Shown: piece by piece, positions 1 to 8,525 of the stretch
Numbering within the stretch: the stretch's first letter is position 1
Layout: every line of letters starts with the position of its first letter
From: Demequinaceae bacterium
GTDB lineage: Bacteria > Actinomycetota > Actinomycetes > Actinomycetales > JAJYRW01
NCBI GenBank assembly: GCA_027322505.1
Contig: DAHVRJ010000074.1
Span: 1-58,500 of the forward strand
DNA length: 58,500 nucleotides
Direction of reading: 5' to 3'
Notes under the pieces: generated by a model
Told to the model about the DNA's origin: nothing
Database searches by the model: none
The model's input: only the letters and a program-made list of their open reading frames with translations
Made by a program: the position numbers and the translations under genes

Positions 1-162
1 CGCCTCGGGGAGCGAGAAAGACTGCAAAAAGTCATTGCAGAGGCAGAAAGTCACGTGACAGCCGATTTCTCCCGATATCCCGAACTCGAAAACTTCGTCG
101 ACGACCGCATCGACTATCGACTGCGCGTCACCCGGGGAGCGTTTCGTAGGCGTCGCGAGTAG
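1..162 (+). CDS. 3' end of an unidentified CDS (partial, continues upstream of the window)
   Basis: Frame 1 is open from base 1 to TAG at 160-162 (RLGEREERLQKVIAEAESHVTADFSRYPELENFVDDRIDYRLRVTRGAFRRRRE*). No family recognised. Confidence 0.3.
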   Translation, partial: RLGERERLQKVIAEAESHVTADFSRYPELENFVDDRIDYRLRVTRGAFRRRRE

Positions 163-254
163 AAATTTGAGGATCTCACCCCGAAAATGAAGCGCCCCGG
201 CAGCGGGAGATCGCTTGGCTACAGTTAGGCGCTTTTCATCGAGTGGCCCTGGTA

Positions 255-296
255 GGGAAAATCCCCCGTTTACCGCAGTCGTACGGGGGATTTCCC
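255..296. terminator. GC-rich hairpin, candidate bidirectional terminator
   Basis: Inverted repeat GGGAAAATCCCCCGT (255-269) / ACGGGGGATTTCCC (283-296). It lies directly downstream of the minus-strand tRNA-Arg and downstream of the partial plus-strand CDS. A/T runs flank the stem. Confidence 0.5.
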
Positions 297-301
297 TTGT
301 G

Positions 302-374
<73 letters not shown>

Positions 375-490
375 AAACGCGTGTAAGCATATCGCTGCGC
401 ATCCGAAATATTACACTGCCTAACCGCCTCAAATCGCCGATAACGGCGCGGCATTTTGTGTCTTGACCCAGAAGTGGGCAATGTTAGACC

Positions 491-2074
491 ATGAGCATTT
501 CCGTTGCGCCCCGGGCGACAGCCGCGGTACAGCAGCGCGACGCGGCTGCCCAGGTGGAGCAAAAATTAAACACTTTGCGCTTTTTGCCCCACTGGGCCCA
601 GCGCGGACAAAAACTGCGCGATGAGCTTGTGATCATGTTTTCTGAACTCATAGCACCGCGCCTAGCTCAGGCAACTCGCCCGTTACTCGTCGTTATCGCG
701 GGCTCGACGGGCGCGGGAAAATCCACGCTATTGAATTCGGTTCTCGGCACAGAAGTCACCAAGGCCGGTGTCCTGCGCCCCACCACGCGCCGCCCCATTT
801 TGTTGCATAACCCCGCAGATGAAAACCCGGCCGGGCCCGCACTGGCAGCCGAGGTGGAACTGCGCAGCGCGCCCGAAGTGCCCCGCGGGCTGGCGCTGAT
901 TGATTCTCCCGATATTGATTCGATTCTCAAAGAAAACCGCGATCGGGCGCTCAAAGTATTAAGCGGCGCCGACCTGTGGTTGTTTGTCACGACCCCCACG
1001 CGTTACGGCGATGCGGTGCCCTGGGAAGTCCTCGAACAGGCCGCCGAGCGCGATGCGGCGATTGCCGTCGTCCTCAATCGCACCAGTGCGGAAGAAAAAC
1101 GCGACGTCAGGCTGGATCTTGCCCGGCAGCTGCGAGAAACAAAGTTAGGGACGGCGCCCCTCTTCGTGATCCCGGATGCCGGAGCGCATCACGGGCTACT
1201 GGATAGCGAAGCGGTCGAGCCGCTGCGCCGGTGGTTGTGGGCGCTGGCGGGAAGCTCACACGCGCGCATCGTGGAACAGCGGTCGCTGCGTGGTGCGCTA
1301 GCCAGCGTCTCACAGCCGCTTACGGAACTGGAAGATCTGCTCTATGACCAGGATCAAGCGCTGAAGGATTTGGCCCGGCGCGGCGCGGAGGCTGAAGATC
1401 AGGTACGTGATCGGGCGAAGCGGCCCTGGGCGGAAATCGAGCCGGCCGCCAGCAGTTTGGCAGACGCCTGGCGCGCCCACGCCGACACCTGGCACGTGCT
1501 GAACGTCTCGAGCGGGGAGCGGCTGAAAATTCGCCGCAAGGATCGCGCCGCCGTCGCCGCTGCGCTGGACGAAGTCGCTGCGGCGATCACAAAAGAACTT
1601 CAGAACCTGGCACGTAATCAGTACAAACTACTCAATGGCGCCATTTTAAAGGCGGTCGCCGAAGTAGAATTGGAAGAAGAGTGGACGCAGGCCGCCCAAG
1701 AACCCGACGTGAAATCCGATCGTTTTGATAAATGGAAAACGACCGTGGAGGAAACCGCGGCGGAATGGGAGCGTGACCGCAGCAAAAAATTACGGCGCGC
1801 CCAAACCCGGGCACTGGGGGCTGGCCACACCGCCATATTGCTGCAGGCCGGCGCAATGGGCATCCGGGGTGCGCGCGCGCTGGTAGGCACCGTTTTTGGC
1901 GAACCTGGCGTTGAAACGGCGACGACACTCGGCGAGAAATTACAAACCGTCCAGGGTGAGGTAACCGACCAGGTGGTGGCCGCCGTCCAAAATCAATTGG
2001 TCCCACTGCTGCCGATGCGAAAGAGTGGGCAACAACTAGCAAAAGCCACCCGACGGCTTCAGGAGGTTCGATGA
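491..2074 (+). CDS. Large P-loop GTPase, dynamin-like (soluble partner of a pair)
   Basis: 527 aa. Walker A GSTGAGKSTLLNSVLG, followed by RPTTRRP, LIDSPD and VLNRT G-motif-like elements. The C-terminal half looks long and helical. A 4-nt ATGA overlap with the next gene suggests translational coupling. Confidence 0.6.
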   Translation: MSISVAPRATAAVQQRDAAAQVEQKLNTLRFLPHWAQRGQKLRDELVIMFSELIAPRLAQATRPLLVVIAGSTGAGKSTLLNSVLGTEVTKAGVLRPTTRRPILLHNPADENPAGPALAAEVELRSAPEVPRGLALIDSPDIDSILKENRDRALKVLSGADLWLFVTTPTRYGDAVPWEVLEQAAERDAAIAVVLNRTSAEEKRDVRLDLARQLRETKLGTAPLFVIPDAGAHHGLLDSEAVEPLRRWLWALAGSSHARIVEQRSLRGALASVSQPLTELEDLLYDQDQALKDLARRGAEAEDQVRDRAKRPWAEIEPAASSLADAWRAHADTWHVLNVSSGERLKIRRKDRAAVAAALDEVAAAITKELQNLARNQYKLLNGAILKAVAEVELEEEWTQAAQEPDVKSDRFDKWKTTVEETAAEWERDRSKKLRRAQTRALGAGHTAILLQAGAMGIRGARALVGTVFGEPGVETATTLGEKLQTVQGEVTDQVVAAVQNQLVPLLPMRKSGQQLAKATRRLQEVR

Positions 2075-3720
2075 GCACCGACCCGCAGGCACAGCGATCT
2101 TCCACCCTCTTGACGGAGCGCTTCGTTGCGGTTGAACGAGCCGCAGTCCAGGCGGGGGAGCGAATCCCAGTTGAGGCATCAAGCCAATTGCATGAACATC
2201 TTGATGCGATTCGGGATCGCCTGGCCGTGGGCGTTGACTACACGGTTGTGGCGCTGGTTGGGGGAACCGGTAGTGGCAAGTCATCACTGTTTAACGTGCT
2301 TACCGGAATCGACTTTGCCGATGTGGGCGTGAAGCGGCCCACCACCTCCCAACCCCTGGCATGCGTGTGGGGCAACTCGGCCGATGAGCTTTTGGACCAC
2401 CTGGGAATCGCCGCAGAAAATCGATACACACGCGAGTCTGAACTTGACGTCGGCACGGAAGAGGAACTGCGCGGACTGGTTTTGGTGGACGTGCCCGATC
2501 ACGACTCGGTGGCGGAGCATCATCGCGAGTATGTGGACCAAATTGTTCCGCGAGCCGACGTGCTCATTTGGGTACTAGACCCGCAAAAATACGCAGACGC
2601 TGCCGTCCATACCCGCTATCTGCAAGAATTAGGCGGCCATGAACGCTCACTGATGGTGGTATTGAACAAAATAGACACCATTCCCGAAGTTGCCGTCCCC
2701 TCACTTCTCTCCGACATCAAACGACTGCTTACCGAAGACGGCCTCGATGATGTGCCCGTGGAGGCGGTTTCGACCTTCACTTCGGAGGGGATCGCCGGGC
2801 TGCGTGACGTATTGGCGCGCCTGACACAAACCCGGTCTGCCGCCGCAGTGCGAGCCGCCGTCGACCTGCGCGCTGTGGGCGATTTGCTGGCGCCCACGGT
2901 TGCAGAAGGGGAACCGAAGCGCGATGACCTTCCTATTTCGGCGGCCGCGGCGACTTTGGCGGAAGCGGGCGATGCGCTTGCCTTGCAGGCCCGGATGCGC
3001 GATGCCCTCCTCGAGGTGGACGACCGCGGTGGTTTGCCCGAAATTTCAGATGAACACCCAATCGATGCCGAACTGGTTGAGTCAGCGCGCGAAAAAATCA
3101 TCACACCGGCACAGGAGGGATTGCCCCAGTTGTGGGCGCAGTCCGTTGCCGCAGCAGTTCCCCTAGCGGACGATCTGGGCACGAGTTTACGTTCAGCACT
3201 CCAAGCAGTGCCGCTGCCAGAGCCACCGCGAAAGTTGCGCCGCGCCCGGGTTTTCTTCTCGTTTTTATTTACGCTGCTCTTTCTTATCGGCGCCGGCTGG
3301 GCGGCGTGGCTGGCCATCGCTCCGGCTAGCGCGCCCGCCGCGCCGCAGTGGCACATTCCTTATCTAACCGATCAGCTCGCGAAATGGGATCTTGCCCAAA
3401 TCGTCATCCCGGTCATTTTGGCGGTCATCAGTTTGCTGCTCCTCTTGCTGAGTTTGGCGATTTTTGCCCGGCAGTTGCGGAAGGTTCGGGATGAACGCTC
3501 GCGTGACTATGGGGAGGGGCTGCGCGCGGCAGCGGCATCGCTGGTGGGTGAGCGGATCGTTGGGCCGATTGTTACTGTGCACCACTCCCATCGCGAGGTG
3601 CGCGAAGCCATCACCGGGGTGCAAGCCGAACTTGCGGGCAAGCGCCCAAGTGAGGTTGTGCATGAATCAAATACTGAGACCACCGCCAATGATCGCGCCA
3701 CTGATTTAGAGCGTAATTAG
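2071..3720 (+). CDS. Large P-loop GTPase, dynamin-like, with a C-terminal transmembrane hairpin
   Basis: 549 aa. Motifs GGTGSGKSSLFNVLTG, KRPTT, LVDVPD and LNKID. Two hydrophobic helices lie near the C-terminus (FFSFLFTLLFLIGAGWAAWLAI and IVIPVILAVISLLLLLLSLAIFA). From memory, a soluble plus membrane-anchored pair resembles DynA/DynB-type operons of actinobacteria. Confidence 0.6.
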   Translation: MSTDPQAQRSSTLLTERFVAVERAAVQAGERIPVEASSQLHEHLDAIRDRLAVGVDYTVVALVGGTGSGKSSLFNVLTGIDFADVGVKRPTTSQPLACVWGNSADELLDHLGIAAENRYTRESELDVGTEEELRGLVLVDVPDHDSVAEHHREYVDQIVPRADVLIWVLDPQKYADAAVHTRYLQELGGHERSLMVVLNKIDTIPEVAVPSLLSDIKRLLTEDGLDDVPVEAVSTFTSEGIAGLRDVLARLTQTRSAAAVRAAVDLRAVGDLLAPTVAEGEPKRDDLPISAAAATLAEAGDALALQARMRDALLEVDDRGGLPEISDEHPIDAELVESAREKIITPAQEGLPQLWAQSVAAAVPLADDLGTSLRSALQAVPLPEPPRKLRRARVFFSFLFTLLFLIGAGWAAWLAIAPASAPAAPQWHIPYLTDQLAKWDLAQIVIPVILAVISLLLLLLSLAIFARQLRKVRDERSRDYGEGLRAAAASLVGERIVGPIVTVHHSHREVREAITGVQAELAGKRPSEVVHESNTETTANDRATDLERN

Positions 3721-4038
3721 CCACGTAATTGCGAAGAAGATCCCAGTGATCCCGAGGATCCCGAAGAACCAGGCGATCCAGAAGATCCCGAAGGCCCAAG
3801 TGACCCGGGGCGCCCGGAAAACCCGGGCACTCCACGGGATCCAAACAACCCGAACGACCCAAACGATCCCACGGAACCAGGCAACCCCGGTGACGGAGGA
3901 GCGGGAGAAAATAATGCGGGCACTAACGAAAGCACACTGCCGCATACCGGTGCGGGTCTGGCTGCGCTAGCCGCTGCGGCTGCGCTTCTTGTGATCTCCG
4001 GTTTGGTACTGGTCAAGATGCTTCGCCGACGCGCCTAA
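3721..4038 (+). pseudogene. Orphan C-terminal fragment of an LPXTG cell-wall-anchored surface protein
   Basis: A 105-codon open frame starts right after the TAG at 3718-3720, in the same frame as the GTPase. It has a Pro/Asp/Glu/Asn-rich spacer (EDPSDPEDPEEPGDPEDPEGPSDPG...NPNDPNDPTEPGNPGDGG), then LPHTG (3937-3951), a hydrophobic helix (AGLAALAAAAALLVISGLVLV) and a KMLRRRA tail, with TAA at 4036-4038. No ATG, GTG or TTG lies upstream of the sorting signal and there is no signal peptide. Confidence 0.6.
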
Positions 4039-4074
4039 CGATGCTAGATTGAAGCGAAATATCTAGATCACGAT

Positions 4075-4122
4075 GGACAGGCGTCTCTGTTGCTTTTAAA
4101 CAGCGGGGGTCCTTTTCGTTTT
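4075..4122 (+). terminator. Candidate intrinsic terminator
   Basis: An imperfect hairpin (GGAC...CTGTT-loop-AACAG...GTCC) is followed by TTTTCGTTTT at 4113-4122. It is downstream of the GTPase pair and the LPXTG fragment. Confidence 0.4.
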
Positions 4123-4210
4123 ACACAGCGCCGGCCACCGGTTGGCGCATTTGCCCACGGTCAACATTCGCTTGCCTTATCGCGCGAACCTTGGCTCCGG
4201 ATTGATCCCT

Positions 4211-4256
4211 AGACCGATTACTGAATGTTCCCCAGTCCGATCACTGAATGATCCCC
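4211..4256. repeat. 23-bp tandem direct repeat (2 copies, 20/23 identical)
   Basis: AGACCGATTACTGAATGTTCCCC (4211-4233) and AGTCCGATCACTGAATGATCCCC (4234-4256). The repeat lies 120-165 nt upstream of the ssb-like start codon. Confidence 0.8.
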
Positions 4257-4376
4257 CGCTTGACGTCGTAGGCACCTTTCCACGGCTTTAATGACCGGCG
4301 ATTTTCTCATCCCGGGTAGCAGCACAAAGTGGTTTCTTAACGGATCGGTATCGAGCCAATCCAGGTAAGGAGAACC

Positions 4377-4910
4377 ATGAGTGAAACATTTATGACCGTT
4401 CGGGGCCGGGTCGCGCATAAACCGGAGTTGCACCAAAAAGAAGGCCGCGCGCCTATGACCGTATTTCGCGTTGGCGTAAACCCGCGCTATTTTGACCGAG
4501 GAAAAGGGGAGTGGGTCGACGGGCGCACCGAGTGGTACTCGGTCATGTCGTTCGGCAATCTGGCCCGCAATACCGCTTTTTCCGTTAATAAGGGCGATCC
4601 CGTCATTGTTTATGGGCGTTTCCGTACATCAGAGTGGCAGCCCAAAGAGGGCGGTCCACCGCGACTCTCGCTCGAGATCATCGCCAGTTCTATCGGCCAT
4701 GATCTGCGTTTAGGAAGCACCAATTACGCACGCACGCGCTATGAAAGTGAGCATATTGCTGAATTGGAGAGGCAGCCGCTGCAAAAGGCTGATGTGGAAT
4801 CTGTAGAAGCTGACGTCGGAAACACTATAGATGAAGAGCACGAAGCAAATGAAGGGCATGAAGATCAGGCAAGTGACGACTCAAAAATGACGATCGCTGA
4901 AAGTTATTAG
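4377..4910 (+). CDS. Single-stranded DNA-binding protein paralogue (SsbB / Rv2478c-like)
   Basis: 177 aa. OB-fold SSB-like N-terminal 115 aa (TVRGRVAHKPEL..., EWYSVMSFGNLARN, GDPVIVYGRFRTSEW, LEIIASSIGHDL). The C-terminal tail is acidic but ends in TIAESY rather than a DDDIPF-type tip. A strong SD (AAGGAG) precedes the ATG. Confidence 0.6.
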   Translation: MSETFMTVRGRVAHKPELHQKEGRAPMTVFRVGVNPRYFDRGKGEWVDGRTEWYSVMSFGNLARNTAFSVNKGDPVIVYGRFRTSEWQPKEGGPPRLSLEIIASSIGHDLRLGSTNYARTRYESEHIAELERQPLQKADVESVEADVGNTIDEEHEANEGHEDQASDDSKMTIAESY

Positions 4911-4944
4911 TCGTGTTCCCGATTTAATATAGAAAATATACGGC

Positions 4945-4980
4945 GATGGATGGAGCAGAAGTCTTTCTACTCCATCCATC
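4945..4980. terminator. Bidirectional terminator hairpin between convergent genes
   Basis: Perfect 11-bp arms GATGGATGGAG (4945-4955) / CTCCATCCATC (4970-4980), between the ssb-like gene (+) and the glycoside-hydrolase-like gene (-). Confidence 0.6.
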
Positions 4981-4987
4981 TACGGCT

Positions 4988-7285
4988 CTATTTAACGAAA
5001 ACAGTGATCGGTTCGCTGCGAGTTATCCCGTTATCGTTAATAAATTCCGCCACGTACGTATAGTGCCCTGAGGCTCGCTGAGGAACCTGCGTCTGCACGG
5101 TCTGGTGTTGGGGGGTTGCCTCATCGAGAGTAGTTTTTTCGATATAGGCTCCATTTTCCAAAAGCCTAAATTCAGAAGCATTTGTTCCCCACCATAAATT
5201 TGCGGTGATCGTGAAGTCGGATGTGCCACTCCAGTTATCGTGACTTAATACGGGTTGACCGGGGTGAGCATCCGCTACGGTGACGGTCAGCGGATCAGTA
5301 ACCGTTGTGCCCTCAGAATTCGTCAACACAGCCTGGTAGGCGTATTCGCCATTGGGACGATTTTCAAAATCGAAGTCTAATGACTGAGGCAGGGGACCAT
5401 TTGGCGTAAGATCTCTAGTGTCTACAACGGAACCATTTTCCAGCAGTGTGATCTTGCTGGCATTTGCGCCCCAGTTCAAGTCCGCCTTCACTGAATAGTT
5501 TCCATCATGCTGTCCAATTAACCACCCGCTGGTTGAGGTGAGACGCATCTCACCGGGTAGCGCAATTTCCGTATCAGTATCTAGGTCTTGATTATGCAGA
5601 CACTCAACGCGTTCCAACGCTGTGGGCGAGAAGCGGAACCAGTCAAATGAAGCCGCTATTTCGGTGGCCTCGGTATCACCCATAAAAGCGTAAGGTCCGA
5701 TGTGCGTGAATCCTGCATTCTGGACATCAATATCGCGACCATAATTTTCAAACGTCTCACCATCATAGGAAACGCTTGCTTTGATCGTTGAGCCATCATT
5801 TGTTAGACGAAGCCACAGCGTCGTTGCTCCGGCGACTTTTGGAGCACCGGAATCCTGGCGGTTATTGCCATCGCGGTGGTATACGAGTTCAACAGTTGGT
5901 CCAGGTGTTGCTCTCCCCAGATCAAACTTTGCATAGTGACTATCGCTTGCATAAAGCAATAATCCGGCCTGCTGGAACCGCTCAGTTGCATCAATATTGA
6001 CCTTTGTTGTCACTTCCCACGGTTCATCGGGTAATTCTTGTTGAATTAGCGGCGCACCTGCGACACCTGCAGCATACGTCGGGATGTGCAGTGCTCCGTC
6101 ATCTAAGAAGTGGCGCGCGTCTTCCGCCCGGAGGGTGCGATGCCAGACGTCGGTTGACAGCTCAGCAGTGTCAAATTCATCGCTGCCGGAAGCTGAGCAG
6201 TGGGCATTAAGCGGATCCGTGGGATCAGGGGCGAAGATGTTGCCTTCTTGAACGGGTTTAGCGGGAAAACCGTCTTTCGCGAAGGCGATCGTTGCTCCTA
6301 GCCGATCTCCGGCTTCATAAAATAGGTATGTCTGCCCATCATGTGTAACTATCTCGGGCGCAGCAACCCTGCCCGTATCAGCACCAACACCGCTCGAGCT
6401 GTGGAGCAGTAAAGGTTCCTCGCCCACATTTCGCAGTGTTTGATCAATTGTGCGGGCGTATATTGAGCCACTTGAGGCGTGATAGGTGACGTATAAAGTG
6501 CCGTTCCATTCCCATAGGTTGGCGCTGGAAACGTTCTGACCTTCTACCTGCCCGGGTTCAACGACATAGCCAGGCACAACTTCCCAGTTTTCTCCGTCTA
6601 GAGATTCAGCAAGCCGAATCCGCCGGATGTCATCCCGCTCATTGGCCATGTAAAACATGCCGTACTGATAAGGAGAATCCGGATTCGGATGCTCGAACAC
6701 ACGTGCATAACTTGTTTCGGTGACCTCGGCGCCGCTCATGCTGTTTTCTAAGGCTGTTCCGCCATAACTGAAGTGGATGCCATCTGAACTTGTAGCCCAG
6801 CGGGTGTGTGAATTTTCGCCATGGAAATAAAGATAAACTTCTTCTTCGGATTCCATCCAAATCGTCTCTGGTGTGGAGACGTGTGAAACATCGAAATGTG
6901 GCTCCCACTTGCTGGGAATAATAGGGTTATCTTCATACTCGGTCCACGGACCGTCGAGGCTATCTGAATACATTAGTGATATGCCACCGGGGGGATCATG
7001 TGGCGCGTAATATAAGTACCATTCACCCAAAGGATCATCAAGATAATACCCAGCGTGGAAGATGCTTGGAAAAATATATTCATTAGTCGGGTTGAATGAC
7101 ATTGACGATTTGTCAGTGACTATTTCTTGGAATCCAAAATTTGGCCAGCCATCCGGCACCTCTTCGGCCTGCGCATGTGCTTGGGGGACATCGCTTGCCG
7201 TGACGAGGCCGATTGCTAGTAGCAAGGCAAGGAGCATCCGCGCAACAGTACGCGGATTCCTTGTGGCTCCTTGGTCGATCATCAT
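4988..7285 (-). CDS. Secreted multidomain glycoside-hydrolase-like protein (beta-propeller GH43/32/117-like + ConA-like/DUF1349-like + two ChiA_N-like FnIII-type modules)
   Basis: 765 aa. N-terminal signal peptide (RMLLALLLAIGLVTASDVPQAHAQA). The N-terminal 330 aa or so have repeated blade-like segments (WYLYYAPHD, VYLYFHG, YGMFYMAN, LYVTYHA, TYLFYEA). The middle part is a concanavalin-like region. The C-terminus carries two tandem repeats (ADLNWGANASKITLLENGSVV and ANLWWGTNASEFRLLENGAYI) resembling the N-terminal domain of chitinase A. No LPXTG motif. Confidence 0.55.
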   Translation of the reverse strand: MMIDQGATRNPRTVARMLLALLLAIGLVTASDVPQAHAQAEEVPDGWPNFGFQEIVTDKSSMSFNPTNEYIFPSIFHAGYYLDDPLGEWYLYYAPHDPPGGISLMYSDSLDGPWTEYEDNPIIPSKWEPHFDVSHVSTPETIWMESEEEVYLYFHGENSHTRWATSSDGIHFSYGGTALENSMSGAEVTETSYARVFEHPNPDSPYQYGMFYMANERDDIRRIRLAESLDGENWEVVPGYVVEPGQVEGQNVSSANLWEWNGTLYVTYHASSGSIYARTIDQTLRNVGEEPLLLHSSSGVGADTGRVAAPEIVTHDGQTYLFYEAGDRLGATIAFAKDGFPAKPVQEGNIFAPDPTDPLNAHCSASGSDEFDTAELSTDVWHRTLRAEDARHFLDDGALHIPTYAAGVAGAPLIQQELPDEPWEVTTKVNIDATERFQQAGLLLYASDSHYAKFDLGRATPGPTVELVYHRDGNNRQDSGAPKVAGATTLWLRLTNDGSTIKASVSYDGETFENYGRDIDVQNAGFTHIGPYAFMGDTEATEIAASFDWFRFSPTALERVECLHNQDLDTDTEIALPGEMRLTSTSGWLIGQHDGNYSVKADLNWGANASKITLLENGSVVDTRDLTPNGPLPQSLDFDFENRPNGEYAYQAVLTNSEGTTVTDPLTVTVADAHPGQPVLSHDNWSGTSDFTITANLWWGTNASEFRLLENGAYIEKTTLDEATPQHQTVQTQVPQRASGHYTYVAEFINDNGITRSEPITVFVK

Positions 7286-7350
7286 TGACCGCTCACTTTC
7301 TCATCGAAGTTGACAAACAGTGCAAGAGGGTGTGTAAACTCTAAACCGTT

Positions 7351-7370
7351 CTGATAATACGTATGATCAG
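7351..7370. promoter_or_regulatory. Candidate LacI-family operator
   Basis: 20-bp palindrome CTGATAATACGTATGATCAG with 9 of 10 symmetric pairs and a central CG. It lies in the divergent intergenic region between the GH gene (-) and the LacI gene (+). Confidence 0.45.
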
Positions 7371-7461
7371 TGGTTAAGTCACTAGATTAGCCTCTGGTTG
7401 ACCAAATTTCAATGGAAGAGGGCGGCACGCTGGCGTGCCGGATTGGTGGTGGTCTGTAAAT

Positions 7462-8505
7462 ATGAGCACGCCGCGCAGGCTGACCCAGCGCAAGATCGCT
7501 GAGTTGGCAAACGTTAGTCAGTCAACGGTTTCGTTGGTCGTGAATAACAAGGAAGGTTCCTCTGCGCGGATCCCACCAGAAACACGGGAGCGTGTCCTGA
7601 AGGTGCTGCAGGAGCATGGCTATGTCGCGGATCCTGCCGCACGCAGCTTGGCCGGTGTTGCCAATAAATTGATCGGTGTTTTTACATATGAGGCCGCTTT
7701 TCCTGCAGAGACTCGTGACTTTTATTCAGAGTTATTAACCGGGGTAGAAGCTCAGGCAGAGATTCTTGGTTACGACTTATTAATGTTCACTTCAGCGCCG
7801 GTACAAGATGGTCGCAGAGAGTTATTTCACCCTACTAATCGACTGCGACTTGCTGATGGCTGTTTATTACTGGGTCTCGAAATTGAAAGCGCTGATCTAG
7901 AGCGCTTAGTTTCCGGAGACTATCCATTTGTCGCAGTTGGCCGCCGTGATACTCAAAATGTGCCATATGTTGGCGCTAACTACGTCGATGGCGTTGTTCA
8001 ACTAGTCGAAAAAGCATGGAAGTTAGGTCATCGTAAGTTCTTGCTACTGCATCGAGATACGGAGGCAGAATCCGTTGCAGATCGTATACGTGGCTTCGTA
8101 CGTGGTATGTCTGAAATGGACCCGAGCATCCTTAGGCAGACGCCGATCTCGGTTGCAGCGCGAACTTCACAGGACTTGTGGAGCCAGGTTGTATCCAGCG
8201 GTGCAAGCGTCGTTTTTGCTGAGGACCCAGCGCACGCCTCTTTGATCTATCGAGAAGCTATTAAAAACTCGGTTGATGTGCCCCGCGAGTTGTCAATCGT
8301 TACCCTGGCAGATCCCTCGACACTGTTCGAGAACGATCCAGATTTTACAAGGCTAAGCCCACCGCGCCAAAAACTTGGAGCCGAGTCCTTGACGCTGTTG
8401 GCAAAAATCCTCATCTCCGGAATTCCTAAAAACACCGCTGACTATCAACTGTTGCTTCCCTGTGAATTGGTTTCTGGAAAAACTCTGGTTGCTGCTCGAG
8501 TTTGA
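7462..8505 (+). CDS. LacI-family transcriptional regulator
   Basis: HTH motif TQRKIAELANVSQSTVSLVVNNK, followed by a periplasmic-binding-protein-like sugar-binding fold. The ATG at 7462 is preferred over the ORF-track start at 7435. Confidence 0.85.
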   Translation: MSTPRRLTQRKIAELANVSQSTVSLVVNNKEGSSARIPPETRERVLKVLQEHGYVADPAARSLAGVANKLIGVFTYEAAFPAETRDFYSELLTGVEAQAEILGYDLLMFTSAPVQDGRRELFHPTNRLRLADGCLLLGLEIESADLERLVSGDYPFVAVGRRDTQNVPYVGANYVDGVVQLVEKAWKLGHRKFLLLHRDTEAESVADRIRGFVRGMSEMDPSILRQTPISVAARTSQDLWSQVVSSGASVVFAEDPAHASLIYREAIKNSVDVPRELSIVTLADPSTLFENDPDFTRLSPPRQKLGAESLTLLAKILISGIPKNTADYQLLLPCELVSGKTLVAARV

Positions 8506-8525
8506 TAACTACCGAAAGGAAATAG

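Noticed and set aside
2616-3356. 246-aa minus-strand ORF, plus several other 60-160-aa ORFs, within the GTPase genes
   Set aside because: These are antisense or alternative-frame ORFs inside longer motif-bearing CDSs. High GC suppresses stop codons in non-coding frames.
3717-4016. 99-aa minus-strand Gly/Ser/Pro-rich ORF opposite the LPXTG fragment
   Set aside because: It is a mirror image of the Pro/Asp/Glu-rich linker. The plus-strand frame ends in a textbook LPXTG, hydrophobic and basic sorting signal, which fixes the coding strand.
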